The notes under the pieces were generated by a model. That model saw nothing but the letters and a program-made list of their open reading frames with translations, did not search any database and was not told the origin of the DNA. The translations under genes and the position numbers were made by a program. From NCBI GenBank assembly GCA_036008405.1, contig DASYNT010000191.1:1-43758 (forward strand): a DNA stretch of 43,758 nucleotides. The letters run 5' to 3'. This DNA is from Xanthobacteraceae bacterium (GTDB taxonomy: Bacteria; Pseudomonadota; Alphaproteobacteria; Rhizobiales; Xanthobacteraceae). Positions 26,303 to 35,447 of the stretch are shown piece after piece (position 1 is the stretch's first letter; every line of letters begins with the position of its first letter).

Positions 26303-26408
26303 CGGGCGGCCTTCGCAGTGGGGCTTTGCCGGCGACCTCGCCTGGCGCGCGGCCGAGTAGCGCTTCTGCTTTTCTCCGCGGTCTTCCGGGCGGTTGCGCG
26401 AGCGGTGG
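26303..26408 (+). pseudogene. Decayed duplicate of the ubiA 3' end
   Basis: 26303-26322 equals 24906-24925 (20/20). After an 8-nt gap, 26323-26346 matches 24934-24957 (23/24). Weaker gapped similarity links 26366-26408 to 25029-25077. The frame is broken. Confidence 0.65.
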
Positions 26409-26544
26409 ATTGCATACCGTCCTGTTGCGGCCTGTTCCGGCCAAAGGAAAATTTTCGTCGTCGCGGGGGCTGAGCTATAGTTCCGCCGAACCTCGAGGCG
26501 CATCAGTCGTCGCGCCGACAATTCCACGACGACAGGGAAGGGAG

Positions 26545-27441
26545 GTGACCCATGTCACGGTCATTGAGGGCGTGGCCGTTGCCCTGATGGCGTCTTCGGG
26601 CGCGCTGGCGCAAAGCTGCACGGGCAATCCCGTTGCGGTCCAGGTGCTGGGATCGGGCGCGCCGGGCTTCGTCAGGGACCGCGCGAACACGAGCTATCTG
26701 CTCTGGGTCGGCAATCAGGCGAAGATTCTCGTCGATGCAGGCGGCGGCGCCTATGTCCGCTTCGGCCAGGCACAGGCGAAGTTTTCCGATCTCTCCGTGA
26801 TACTGGTGAGCCACTTGCACCCCGACCATTCCTCCGACCTGCCCGGCGTGCTGTGGTCGGGCCGCAATACGCGCAATGACATGCTCCCGATCGTAGGACC
26901 GTCGGGGAATGAAGCGGCGCCCGCCTTCGACGAATTTCTGACGCGCCTGTTCGATCCAAAGAACGGCTCCTGGGAGGTTCTGAGTTCGGTGGTGGCGCCG
27001 GGACCGGGCGTGAAGCTCGACCCGCGTGTGGTGGACGTGGCGAAGCAGGAGCCAACCACCGTCTATGATCGCGATGGTGTCAAGGTGACGGCGATGGGTA
27101 TCCCGCACGGCAACCTGCCCACGCTCGCCTACCGCGTGGAGACGCAAGGGGTCAGCGTCGTCTACAGCTCGGACCAGAGCGGCACCAATCCGCGCTTCCC
27201 GGACTTTGCGAATGGCGCGGACATTCTCGTCACGCATCTGGCCATCGGGGTAGGCGCCAACAATCCCAACCAGGCGCTTCCCGCGGTCGTGGGACAAGTG
27301 GCCCAGAGCGCGAATCCGAAGCGCCTCATATTGAGCCACATCGCGAATTTCGATCTCGACGCGGCGGTGGCGGACGTGAAGAGGAATTACTCGGGCTCAT
27401 TGACCATCGGCGCCGATCTTCAGTGCACGCAGGCGAAATAG
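26545..27441 (+). CDS. MBL-fold metallo-hydrolase, probably exported (start uncertain)
   Basis: VSHLHPDHSSDLPG (HxHxDH motif). GTG at 26545 directly after GGGAGG; the alternative ATG is at 26587. C-terminal part of track ORF 25894..27441. Confidence 0.8.
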   Translation: MTHVTVIEGVAVALMASSGALAQSCTGNPVAVQVLGSGAPGFVRDRANTSYLLWVGNQAKILVDAGGGAYVRFGQAQAKFSDLSVILVSHLHPDHSSDLPGVLWSGRNTRNDMLPIVGPSGNEAAPAFDEFLTRLFDPKNGSWEVLSSVVAPGPGVKLDPRVVDVAKQEPTTVYDRDGVKVTAMGIPHGNLPTLAYRVETQGVSVVYSSDQSGTNPRFPDFANGADILVTHLAIGVGANNPNQALPAVVGQVAQSANPKRLILSHIANFDLDAAVADVKRNYSGSLTIGADLQCTQAK

Positions 27442-27499
27442 ACGACGCATGTCTGCTGATGCGAACTGCGCGAGTGCAGATGCCCGTTGTCCGCTCGGC

Positions 27500-28072
27500 T
27501 CAGCTTCGCGCGATGATCTCGTGCTCGCGGTGCACGGCCGCTTCGGCCCGGCGGCGCCCCGGCTTGCGGCGCAACAGGATGCGCGGACGCCGCTTTGCAA
27601 TCGAACCGCGGCGGCGCTTGCGTTCGCAGGGCTTCTCGACCCGCACCCCGCCGAGGCGGGCGAACGGCTCGCGCAGCGTGCCCTCTGCGTCGGCGGCGAG
27701 CATCGGCAGGGCGAATATGCGAGCCCACATCTGCCATTCCGCCAGCACATCCAGGCTGTCGGTCGCGGTGAACAGGGGAACCGACAAGGCGGGATCGCGA
27801 TGTTCCAGGATGACCGCGACCCTGGCACCGCCGGTCTGGTCCGGCGGGAACAGCCGGATCGCGACACCGAGGAACGCCGAGACCGGCAACGCCACCGCGA
27901 TCGGAACGCCGCGAACCGAGCGGCGCACCACCACGCCCTCGTGATGGACCTCGACGAGCCGGACCTGCTCGTCGGCACCTGCATCGGCGGCGTGGAAGCG
28001 CACCGGCAATGCTAGAGGGTCGAGCCGCAACGTGCGACTCGACCCGGCAGGCGTAGCCCCGCCGGCACTCAT
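27500..28072 (-). CDS. Conserved hypothetical protein (I recall a DUF6101-like family, unverified)
   Basis: 190-aa ORF with coding-like core (VRLVEVHHEGVVVRRSVRGVPIAVALPVSAFLGVAIRL...) and a basic C-terminus. Confidence 0.55.
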   Translation of the reverse strand: MSAGGATPAGSSRTLRLDPLALPVRFHAADAGADEQVRLVEVHHEGVVVRRSVRGVPIAVALPVSAFLGVAIRLFPPDQTGGARVAVILEHRDPALSVPLFTATDSLDVLAEWQMWARIFALPMLAADAEGTLREPFARLGGVRVEKPCERKRRRGSIAKRRPRILLRRKPGRRRAEAAVHREHEIIARS

Positions 28073-28324
28073 TCAACGCCTCGCTCAAACCCTGTCGCCG
28101 GGGACTCTGATGGCCCCTCGTTGCCATCGACATTAGCGCGGGCGTGTCCCGATCCCCTTAAAAAGCCTGGTTAATCCGCCGTTGCCTCGGCCGTTCGCGA
28201 ATGATGCTTGATAAGGTGTTGCCGAACTTGCTCGATTCCGCTTGTTTGGGCCGACGCCATGCCCATCTCAGGCGCGGACCACCCCGCGTCGTCGTCTCTT
28301 GAATGAACCGCGAGCCCCCTTGCC

Positions 28325-29683
28325 ATGCCGAGCCCGTTCGACCAATCGAGCCTGACCGAAATCGCCGAGCGTCTCGTTGCGGCGGCGCTGCGCCACGGCG
28401 CCGACGCGGCGGACGCGGCCGCCGTGCGCGGCATTTCGCAGTCGATCGACGTGCGCGACGGCAGCGTGGAGGAATCCCAGCGCTCCGAGGGCGACAATGT
28501 CGGCTTGCGGGCCTTCGTCGGCCGCCGTCAGGCGGTGGTCTCGACCAACGATCTGTCGGGCCAAGGCGGCGGCGTCGATGCCATCGCCGAGCGCGTGGTG
28601 GCGATGGCGCGGGCAGCGCCCGAGGATCGCTTCGCCGGACTTGCCGATCCGGCATTCCTCGCGCGCGACTTGCCCGATCTCGACCTGCTCGATGAAGCGC
28701 TGCCGACGGTGCGCGATCTCGAGGAACTCGCCCGCACCGCCGAGCGCGCCGCGACGGCCATCAAGGGCGTGACCAAGTCCGGCGGCGCCTCCGCCTCCGC
28801 CGGCATCGGCGGCATGGTGCTGGTGACCAGCGGCGGCTTTCGCGGCGCCTATCTCGGCTCCCGGCACGGCGTATCGATCGAGGCGATCGCCGGCGAAGGC
28901 ACCGGGATGGAGCGCGACTACGATTTCTCCTCGGCGCGCCACGGCGCCGATCTCGAAGCGGCCGAAAAGATCGGGCGCTCGGCCGGGGAACGCGCCGTCA
29001 AGCGCCTCAATCCGCGCAAGGTATCGACGCGGCGCGTTCCGGTCGTCTACGACCAGCGGGTCGCGTCCTCGCTGGTCGGGCACCTGTCGTCGGCGATCAA
29101 CGGCAGCGCGCTGGCGCGCAAGACGAGCTTTCTGCAGAACGCCCTCGGTGAGCGGATTTTCGCCGACGGGATCACTATCATCGATGATCCGCTGCGGCCG
29201 CGCGGCCTGCGCTCGCAACCGTTCGACGCCGAGGGCGTGGCGGCGTCGCGGCGGGCGCTGGTCGAGAACGGCGTGCTGAAATCCTGGATCCTCGACTGCG
29301 CCAGCGCGCGCGAGCTCGGTCTCACCACCACCGGCCATGCCCAGCGCAGCGTGTCGGGGGTGCCCTCGCCGGGCGCCACCAACCTTCATCTGGAGCGCGG
29401 CCGCGCCTCTCCGCAGGAGCTGATCGCCGGCATCGAGGACGGGCTCTACGTGACCGACCTCATCGGCATGGGCGCCAACATCGTCACCGGCGACTACAGC
29501 CGTGGTGCGGCGGGCTTCTGGATCGAACACGGCGAACTCACCTTTGCCGTCAGCGAGGTGACGATCGCCGGCCACCTCCGCGACATCTTCCGCACCTTGA
29601 CGCCGGCCAACGACCTGGTGTTCCGCCAGGGCACCAATGCGCCGACGGTGCGGGTGGAGGATCTGACCGTTGCCGGGGTCTGA
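28325..29683 (+). CDS. pmbA: TldD/PmbA family metalloprotease (PmbA)
   Basis: ESQRSEGDNVGLRAFVGRRQAVVSTNDLS, TNLHLERG, GLYVTDLIGMGANIVTGDYSRGAAGFWIEHGE. Confidence 0.9.
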   Translation: MPSPFDQSSLTEIAERLVAAALRHGADAADAAAVRGISQSIDVRDGSVEESQRSEGDNVGLRAFVGRRQAVVSTNDLSGQGGGVDAIAERVVAMARAAPEDRFAGLADPAFLARDLPDLDLLDEALPTVRDLEELARTAERAATAIKGVTKSGGASASAGIGGMVLVTSGGFRGAYLGSRHGVSIEAIAGEGTGMERDYDFSSARHGADLEAAEKIGRSAGERAVKRLNPRKVSTRRVPVVYDQRVASSLVGHLSSAINGSALARKTSFLQNALGERIFADGITIIDDPLRPRGLRSQPFDAEGVAASRRALVENGVLKSWILDCASARELGLTTTGHAQRSVSGVPSPGATNLHLERGRASPQELIAGIEDGLYVTDLIGMGANIVTGDYSRGAAGFWIEHGELTFAVSEVTIAGHLRDIFRTLTPANDLVFRQGTNAPTVRVEDLTVAGV

Positions 29684-30482
29684 ATCCACCACGACCCTGG
29701 CGGCGGTGGCGCAGCATCTGGCCGCCGCGGTGCGCAGCGCCGGGGAACTGGCGCTGGAAGCCTCCAAGAAGCCGGTGAAGAGCTGGGTCAAGGCGCAGAA
29801 TTCGCCGGTGTCCGAGGTCGACCTCGCGGTCGACGCGCTCCTGAAGACGCGGCTGGCGGCGATCATGCCCGAGGCCGCCTGGCTGTCGGAAGAAACCGAG
29901 GACGATCCGGCGCGGCTTGCGGCGCGCCGGGTATGGGTCGTCGATCCCATCGACGGCACCCGTGCCTTCCTCGCCGGGCGTCCGGACTGGACGGTGTCGG
30001 TCGCCCTGGTGGAGGAGGGCCGGCCGATCGTAGCGGCGCTTTATGCGCCCGCGACCGAGGAGCTGTTTCTCGCCGTCGCCGGCGGAGGCGTCACCCGCAA
30101 CGGGTTGGCGATTCGCGCCAGCGCGGGGGAAGGCCTCGCAGGCGCCAGGATTTCCGGTCCGAAGCGCCTCCTCGACCAGGTCGCCGCGGCGGTCCCCGAG
30201 GTCGTGATCGGAACCAGGGTGCATTCGCTGGCGCTGCGCCTTGCGCGGGTGGCCGACAGCACGCTCGACGTGGCCTTCGCCGGCGGCGACAGCCATGATT
30301 GGGACCTTGCCGCCGCCGATCTCCTGGTGCACGAGGCCGGCGGCGCCGTGACGACGATCGCGGGAGCGACGCTCTGCTACAACGGTGCCATCCCGACACA
30401 TGGCATGCTCGTTGCAGCAGGGCGCCGGCGTCATCGGGCCCTGAGCACCCTGCTGTGCTCCTCGGATGCTCCATTGCGCTGA
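29670..30482 (+). CDS. Inositol monophosphatase family protein (CysQ-like 3'(2'),5'-bisphosphate nucleotidase)
   Basis: WLSEET, WVVDPIDGTRAFL, SLALRLARVA, HDWDLAAADLLVHEAGG. TTG start overlapping the pmbA stop. Confidence 0.85.
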   Translation: MPGSESTTTLAAVAQHLAAAVRSAGELALEASKKPVKSWVKAQNSPVSEVDLAVDALLKTRLAAIMPEAAWLSEETEDDPARLAARRVWVVDPIDGTRAFLAGRPDWTVSVALVEEGRPIVAALYAPATEELFLAVAGGGVTRNGLAIRASAGEGLAGARISGPKRLLDQVAAAVPEVVIGTRVHSLALRLARVADSTLDVAFAGGDSHDWDLAAADLLVHEAGGAVTTIAGATLCYNGAIPTHGMLVAAGRRRHRALSTLLCSSDAPLR

Positions 30483-30515
30483 AGACCGGCGACCGTCCGG
30501 CACAGGGGACCATCA

Positions 30516-30767
30516 ATGACCGGCGACTCCAAGCCCAAGCAATTGCTCCATCTGGTGTTCGGCGGCGAGTTGGACCGTCTCGACGCCACCGAATTCAAGG
30601 ATCTCGACAAGCTCGATATCGTCGGCGTCTATCCGAACTACGCCACCGCCTATGCGGCTTGGCGGAGCAAGGCGCAACAGACCGTCGACAATGCGCAGAT
30701 GCGGTATTTCATCGTCCATTTGCACCGGCTGCTCGATCCCGGCGCGACGACCGAGGGGCGGGCATAG
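30516..30767 (+). CDS. DUF4170 domain protein
   Basis: LLHLVFGGELDRLDATEFKDLDKLDIVGVYPNYATAYAAWRSKAQQTVDNAQMRYFIVHLHRLL. Confidence 0.75.
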   Translation: MTGDSKPKQLLHLVFGGELDRLDATEFKDLDKLDIVGVYPNYATAYAAWRSKAQQTVDNAQMRYFIVHLHRLLDPGATTEGRA

Positions 30768-30784
30768 AGCAGCCCGAGAAGCGA

Positions 30785-30813
30785 CAGACTCTTCCGATAG
30801 GATCGTGCTTCAA
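30785..30813. repeat. Partial copy of the palindromic intergenic repeat family
   Basis: CAGACTCTTCCGATAGGATCGTGCTTCAA versus 30950-30977 CAGACTTTTCGGGCGGGATCGTGCTCAA, about 22/29 identical. Confidence 0.6.
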
Positions 30814-30925
30814 GCCGCAGAACGCCAGGGCGCGAAACGGTGCCGCCGCCGCGCCGAATCCGGAAGCAAGAACGGCATGATTCCAATGAGTTACGGGCTT
30901 TTCGGGGATAACGGCTCGCGCCAGG

Positions 30926-30980
30926 GAAGCCCATGACCCCGAAAAGTTGCAGACTTTTCGGGCGGGATCGTGCTCAAAAG
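30926..30980. repeat. Palindromic intergenic repeat (REP-like), full copy
   Basis: Perfect 10-bp stem CCCGAAAAGT (30938-30947), loop TGCAG, then ACTTTTCGGG (30953-30962). Flanks are also partly self-complementary, with a GATCGTGCTCA tail. Confidence 0.75.
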
Positions 30981-31023
30981 AAACAGGGACGATAGCGATC
31001 TACAGGGGAGCGGACCGCTTCGC

Positions 31024-31734
31024 ATGTTTTCCTCCAGGCGCCTCGCGCAGACGCCGGCTGTTCAGAAGGCGTTGGGCATCCTCGCGGCCGAATTCCTGCG
31101 GCTGGTGTGGCGGACCAACCGCCTCGTCCTCGAGCCGACGGATTTCTATGAAAAGATCGGGCCCGACCTGCCGATCATCGTCGGCCTGTGGCACGGCCAG
31201 CATTTCATGACGCCATTCTTCAGCCGCGGGCATCGCGTCAAGGTCCTGATCTCCCGCCACCGGGACGGCGAGATCAATGCCGCGGCCGCAAGGCGTCTCG
31301 GCATCGTGCCGATCCGCGGATCGGGCGATCATGGCCGCCGCTTCGACCTCAAAGGTGGGGTTGCGGCGTTCAAGACCATGCTGACCGCCCTGCAGGAGGG
31401 CTACAATGTCGCGCTCACCGCCGATGTCCCCAAGGTCTCGCGGGTCGCCGGCCCGGGCATCGTCATGCTTGCGAGGTTGTCGGGGCGGCCGATCTACCCG
31501 GTGGCCGTCGCCACCAGCCGCCGCATCACCCTGAAGAACTGGGACCGCTCCGCGGTCAACCTGCCGTTCGGAACGGTGGCGATCGTCGTTGGGGACCCCA
31601 TGACGGTACCGGGCGATGCCGATGAGGCACTGTTGGAGCAGTGCCGCCGTGCCGTCGAGCAGCGGCTCAAGCAAGTCACCGCCCGCGCCTACGCGATCGT
31701 CGACCGCAAGGACCGTCATGCCGATCAGGGCTGA
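31024..31734 (+). CDS. DUF374 / lysophospholipid acyltransferase-like protein
   Basis: GILAAEFLRLVWRTNR, IIVGLWHGQHFM, ISRHRDGEINA, RGSGDHGRR, ADVPKVSRVAG. ATG 31024 is preferred over the track's GTG 30970, which lies inside the repeat. Confidence 0.8.
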   Translation: MFSSRRLAQTPAVQKALGILAAEFLRLVWRTNRLVLEPTDFYEKIGPDLPIIVGLWHGQHFMTPFFSRGHRVKVLISRHRDGEINAAAARRLGIVPIRGSGDHGRRFDLKGGVAAFKTMLTALQEGYNVALTADVPKVSRVAGPGIVMLARLSGRPIYPVAVATSRRITLKNWDRSAVNLPFGTVAIVVGDPMTVPGDADEALLEQCRRAVEQRLKQVTARAYAIVDRKDRHADQG

Positions 31735-31738
31735 GCGC

Positions 31739-33031
31739 ATGCCGCTGACCCTTTCCGCCTACCGTAAGGCGTCGGCGGCGATGACTTCGCTGGCGCCGCA
31801 CCTGCTCGATTATCGGCTCCGCCACGGCAAGGAGCACGAAGCCCGCATCGGCGAACGGCGCGGTGAACCGAGCGCGCCCCGGCTGCCGGGACCGCTGATC
31901 TGGATCCATGGCGCAAGCGTCGGAGAGTTTGTCGCCGTGATGCCGCTGATCGAGCGCATCCGCGCCCGCGGCTTCAACGTGCTCGCCACCACCGGCACGG
32001 TAACCTCGGCGGCGCTGGCGGAAAAGCGCCTGCCGCCGGGTGCCGTCCACCAGTTCATTCCGATCGATCTCCCGGCCTTCGTCACCCGTTTTCTCGACTA
32101 TTGGCGGCCCGACCTCGCACTGTTCGTCGAATCCGATCTGTGGCCGAACCTCATCGTATCGGCCGCCGAGCGCGAAGTCCCGATCATCCTCGTCAATGGG
32201 CGGATGTCGGAGCGTTCGTTCCGCCGCTGGCGCCATTTTCCCAGGACCATCGAGGCCCTGCTCACCCGCTTCGACCTCTGCCTCGTGCGCACCACCGACG
32301 ACGCCGAGCGGTTCGGTGTGCTCGGAGCGCCCCGCATCACCACCACCGGCAACCTGAAGCTCGACGCTCCGGCCTTGCCGTTCGATCCCGCCAAGTTGAC
32401 GATACTCGCGAGCGCGACGCAGGGCCGCGCGATCGTCGCCGCCGCGTCCACCCATCCTGGCGAGGAGAGCGAGATCATCGATGCTCACCGCCGCCTCAGG
32501 ATCAACTTCCCAGACCTCCTGACCATTATCGCGCCGCGCCACCCCCAACGCGGGCCCGCCATCGCCGAGCTGGCGGTCGCGGCACGGCTGCGCTGCACGC
32601 TGCGCTCGCGCGGCGAATTGCCGGGCAGGGACGACGACATCTACCTCTTCGACACCCTCGGCGAACTCGGCCTCGCCTATCAACTGGCGCCGATCGTATT
32701 CATGGGCGGCTCGCTGGTCCGGCACGGCGGCCAGAATCCGATCGAGGCGGTCAAGTTCGGGGCCGCCATCCTGCACGGACCGCATGTCACCAATTTCACC
32801 GAGATCTACGACGAACTCGACGGCTGCGGCGGAGCCACCTTCGTCACCGACGTCGGAACGCTGACCGTCCGCATCGCCGCCTGGATCAAGGACGCCCCGG
32901 CGCGCGACCGCGCCGCCGCCGCGGCGAGGCTGTGCGTCGACCGGCTCGGCGGCGCGCTCGAACGCACCGTCGGCGCGCTCGAGCCTTATTTCATGCAGTT
33001 GCGGATCCAGGACCGCTCCGGCGATGCGTGA
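31739..33031 (+). CDS. waaA: 3-deoxy-D-manno-octulosonic acid (Kdo) transferase
   Basis: GERRGEPSAPR...LIWIHGASVGEFVAVMPLIERIR, SDLWPNLI, GGSLVRHGGQNPIEA. Alternative ATG at 31718. Confidence 0.9.
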   Translation: MPLTLSAYRKASAAMTSLAPHLLDYRLRHGKEHEARIGERRGEPSAPRLPGPLIWIHGASVGEFVAVMPLIERIRARGFNVLATTGTVTSAALAEKRLPPGAVHQFIPIDLPAFVTRFLDYWRPDLALFVESDLWPNLIVSAAEREVPIILVNGRMSERSFRRWRHFPRTIEALLTRFDLCLVRTTDDAERFGVLGAPRITTTGNLKLDAPALPFDPAKLTILASATQGRAIVAAASTHPGEESEIIDAHRRLRINFPDLLTIIAPRHPQRGPAIAELAVAARLRCTLRSRGELPGRDDDIYLFDTLGELGLAYQLAPIVFMGGSLVRHGGQNPIEAVKFGAAILHGPHVTNFTEIYDELDGCGGATFVTDVGTLTVRIAAWIKDAPARDRAAAAARLCVDRLGGALERTVGALEPYFMQLRIQDRSGDA

Positions 33032-34091
33032 ACCCGCCTTCTGGTGGCGTGGCGACGGCGCCGCGGCCCGGCTGCTCGCGCCGGCCGGCGCCGCCTATGG
33101 CTTCGTCGCGGCGCGGCGGATGGCGCAGCCGGGCCGGCCGGCGGCCGTGCCGGTCCTGTGCGTCGGCAACTTCACCGTCGGCGGCAGCGGCAAGACCCCG
33201 ACCGCCATCGCGGTTGCCCGGCTTCTGTCGAGGTGCGGTCGCCGGCCCTTCTTTCTCTCGCGCGGCTATGGCGGACGGCTCGCCGGTCCGGTCCGCGTCG
33301 ACGCGCAGCCGGCAGATATGGTCGGCGACGAGCCGCTGCTGCTGGCTCGCATCGCTCCCACCATCGTCGCCCGCGACCGCCCGGCGGGCGCGGCGGCCGC
33401 GGCGCAGGCTGGAGCCGACGCCATCGTCATGGACGACGGCTGGCAAAATCCCTCGCTGTGCAAGGACCTCGCCATCGCGGTGCTCGACGGCCGCCGCGGC
33501 ATCGGCAATGGCCGGGTGTTCCCGGCCGGACCGCTGCGGGCCCCGCTCGAATCCCAGCTTGATCGCGCCGACGCTCTCATGCTCATCGGCCCTCCGGCCG
33601 CTGGCGCCGAGCCGGCGATCGCGGCGGCGCAACGGCGCGGCCTGCCGAGGTTTGAGGGCGAACTCGCCCCCGACCCCACCGTCATCGCCACGCTTGCCGG
33701 CGCCCGGGTGCTGGCGTTCGCCGGCATTGCCGATCCCGACAAGTTCTTCGCCACCCTCGAAGCAGGCGGCGTCGCGGTAGTGGCCCGCCGCGGCTTTGCC
33801 GATCATCATCGCTTTACGGAACGCGAAGTCGCCGCACTGCTCGCCCTGGCCGACCGCGAGCGTCTGATGCCGGTCACGACCGAAAAGGACCTGGCGCGGC
33901 TTGCCGGCGATCCGCGGGCCCGCGAGTTGGTGGCACGCACCACCACGCTGCCGGTGACGCTGACGCTCGGCGACCCCGCCGGGTTCGAACGGATGGTGCT
34001 CGGGGCGCTCGGCGCGCGGCAGGCCGCGGACTCGCTGCCGATGGTCACGGCAAATCAGGCTTTAACCTCGCGCCCGGAATCATTATCTTGA
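33024..34091 (+). CDS. lpxK: Tetraacyldisaccharide 4'-kinase
   Basis: FWW..., VPVLCVGNFTVGGSGKTP (P-loop), SRGYGG, GDEPLLLA, DDGWQNP. Overlaps the waaA stop by 8 nt. Confidence 0.9.
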   Translation: MREPAFWWRGDGAAARLLAPAGAAYGFVAARRMAQPGRPAAVPVLCVGNFTVGGSGKTPTAIAVARLLSRCGRRPFFLSRGYGGRLAGPVRVDAQPADMVGDEPLLLARIAPTIVARDRPAGAAAAAQAGADAIVMDDGWQNPSLCKDLAIAVLDGRRGIGNGRVFPAGPLRAPLESQLDRADALMLIGPPAAGAEPAIAAAQRRGLPRFEGELAPDPTVIATLAGARVLAFAGIADPDKFFATLEAGGVAVVARRGFADHHRFTEREVAALLALADRERLMPVTTEKDLARLAGDPRARELVARTTTLPVTLTLGDPAGFERMVLGALGARQAADSLPMVTANQALTSRPESLS

Positions 34092-34103
34092 GAACGCTTC
34101 GCC

Positions 34104-34364
34104 ATGCGGAGCGCAGCGCAATGGTGCCGGGAGGTCTTCGTGCTCAATCGCTTCGACCCACATTCGCCGTCGGCGGGCGAAGCGGAGGTGAAGTACCTCG
34201 ACGGCGACTTCCGGGTGATACGGCCGGGCGCGTTCGTGCGCTGCGCCGTCACCGGCACTCCGATTCCGCTCGAAGAGCTCAAATATTGGAGCGTGGAGCG
34301 CCAGGAGCCCTATGCCGGTCCCGAAGCCGTTTTCAGGCGGCTGAATAGGACGTCGGCGGATTGA
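34104..34364 (+). CDS. DUF2093 domain protein
   Basis: AEVKYLDGDFRVIRPGAFVRCAVTGTPIPLEELKYWSVERQEPYAGPEAVFRR. Position downstream of lpxK is typical. Confidence 0.7.
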   Translation: MRSAAQWCREVFVLNRFDPHSPSAGEAEVKYLDGDFRVIRPGAFVRCAVTGTPIPLEELKYWSVERQEPYAGPEAVFRRLNRTSAD

Positions 34365-34415
34365 CCGGATTGGAGTCGCTCCCTCCGGGGGCCCGTGCAC
34401 GCCCCGTGCGCCCTG

Positions 34416-35447
34416 TCATTTCAGGCCGGCCGCCATGATCGCGCCGGTGTCGGTGAGCCAGACCGCGTCATCGGTCTTGAGGCGCAGGAGCACGCGCCGC
34501 AGGGCCGCCGCGCCGTCCGGGGTGCCGACCACGAAGGGGTGGATTCCGATCACCACCGTGGTGGCCTCTCGCGCGGGGTCGGCGCGGGCCTCGTCGGCAA
34601 GCTCCAGCACGTAGTCGAGCCAGAGCATCTCGATCTCTCTCGGCGTCTTCGCCCGCGCCAGAAGCTGGCCCATGTCGACCGTGCCGACCGGATAGGGCAG
34701 CAGCGCCACTGCGCCATCCGGCGTCTTCAGGCGTGAAATGATGTCGGAATCCATCTGGTCGAGGGTGTAGGCGATGCCCTCGGCCGCCACCGCCTGCATG
34801 GTGTCGCCGTTGGAGTAAACGCTCGGGCTCGACCAGCCAGCGGGCTTGACCCCGGTCGTGGCGGCGATCAGGTCGAGCGTGCGGCGTACATAGGCTTTCT
34901 GCTCGGCGAGGCCGCGCCCCAGCGGCAGCATGTGGCTGGTGTTGTTCATGCCATGGGCGACGATCGGCGCATCCGGCTGTGCCGTTCGGAACTCCTGCCA
35001 TACCGCCATGTGGTTGCCGGGAAATTCCGCGTTCAGCACGACCGTGAGCGGAACCTTCAACTCCTTGAAGAGCCGCCCGACGCGCGCGATGCCCCAGTCG
35101 ATCCCATATTGACGGAACGCCTCGTTCACGAGGTCCGGATTGCGGGTCGCGAGGTCCGGGCGGAACACCGGGCCCTGGCCGAAGCCGAACTCCTCGACGA
35201 ACAAAGCGAAGCTGACCGCGACCTTTCTGCCCGCCGGCCAGGCGGCCACATGGACGGGGTCGCGGGGAAATCCCGTGACCGCATCGAGTCCGGCATTTGC
35301 CCCGGCGGCACCGGTTCCGGCATTGATCCCGCCTTGGGCCCAGCTCGCGGCCGGAAGCTGACCGGCGAGGCAAAGCGCTGTTGCCGCGACGAGGCCGGCG
35401 CGGCGGGCCGGCCGCTTCGCGATCTCGATCGCGGCACTGAGATTCAC
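34416..35447 (-). CDS. Polysaccharide deacetylase family protein, exported
   Basis: GTG start at 35447..35445 overlapping the upstream TGA (GTGA). Signal RRAGLVAATALCLAG. Motifs: VAVSFALFVEEFG..., HGMNNTSH, IGIHPFVVGTP. Confidence 0.75.
   Translation of the reverse strand: MNLSAAIEIAKRPARRAGLVAATALCLAGQLPAASWAQGGINAGTGAAGANAGLDAVTGFPRDPVHVAAWPAGRKVAVSFALFVEEFGFGQGPVFRPDLATRNPDLVNEAFRQYGIDWGIARVGRLFKELKVPLTVVLNAEFPGNHMAVWQEFRTAQPDAPIVAHGMNNTSHMLPLGRGLAEQKAYVRRTLDLIAATTGVKPAGWSSPSVYSNGDTMQAVAAEGIAYTLDQMDSDIISRLKTPDGAVALLPYPVGTVDMGQLLARAKTPREIEMLWLDYVLELADEARADPAREATTVVIGIHPFVVGTPDGAAALRRVLLRLKTDDAVWLTDTGAIMAAGLK

Noticed and set aside
28268-29959. 563-aa minus-strand ORF, with similar giants at 38908..40809(-), 8711..10480(-), 31676..32785(-) and 32101..33780(+)
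   Set aside because: They have extreme Arg/Ala/Gly/Pro composition. They lie antisense or off-frame to genes with unmistakable family motifs (pmbA, xseA, MFS, waaA, lpxK), which is typical of GC-rich shadow frames.
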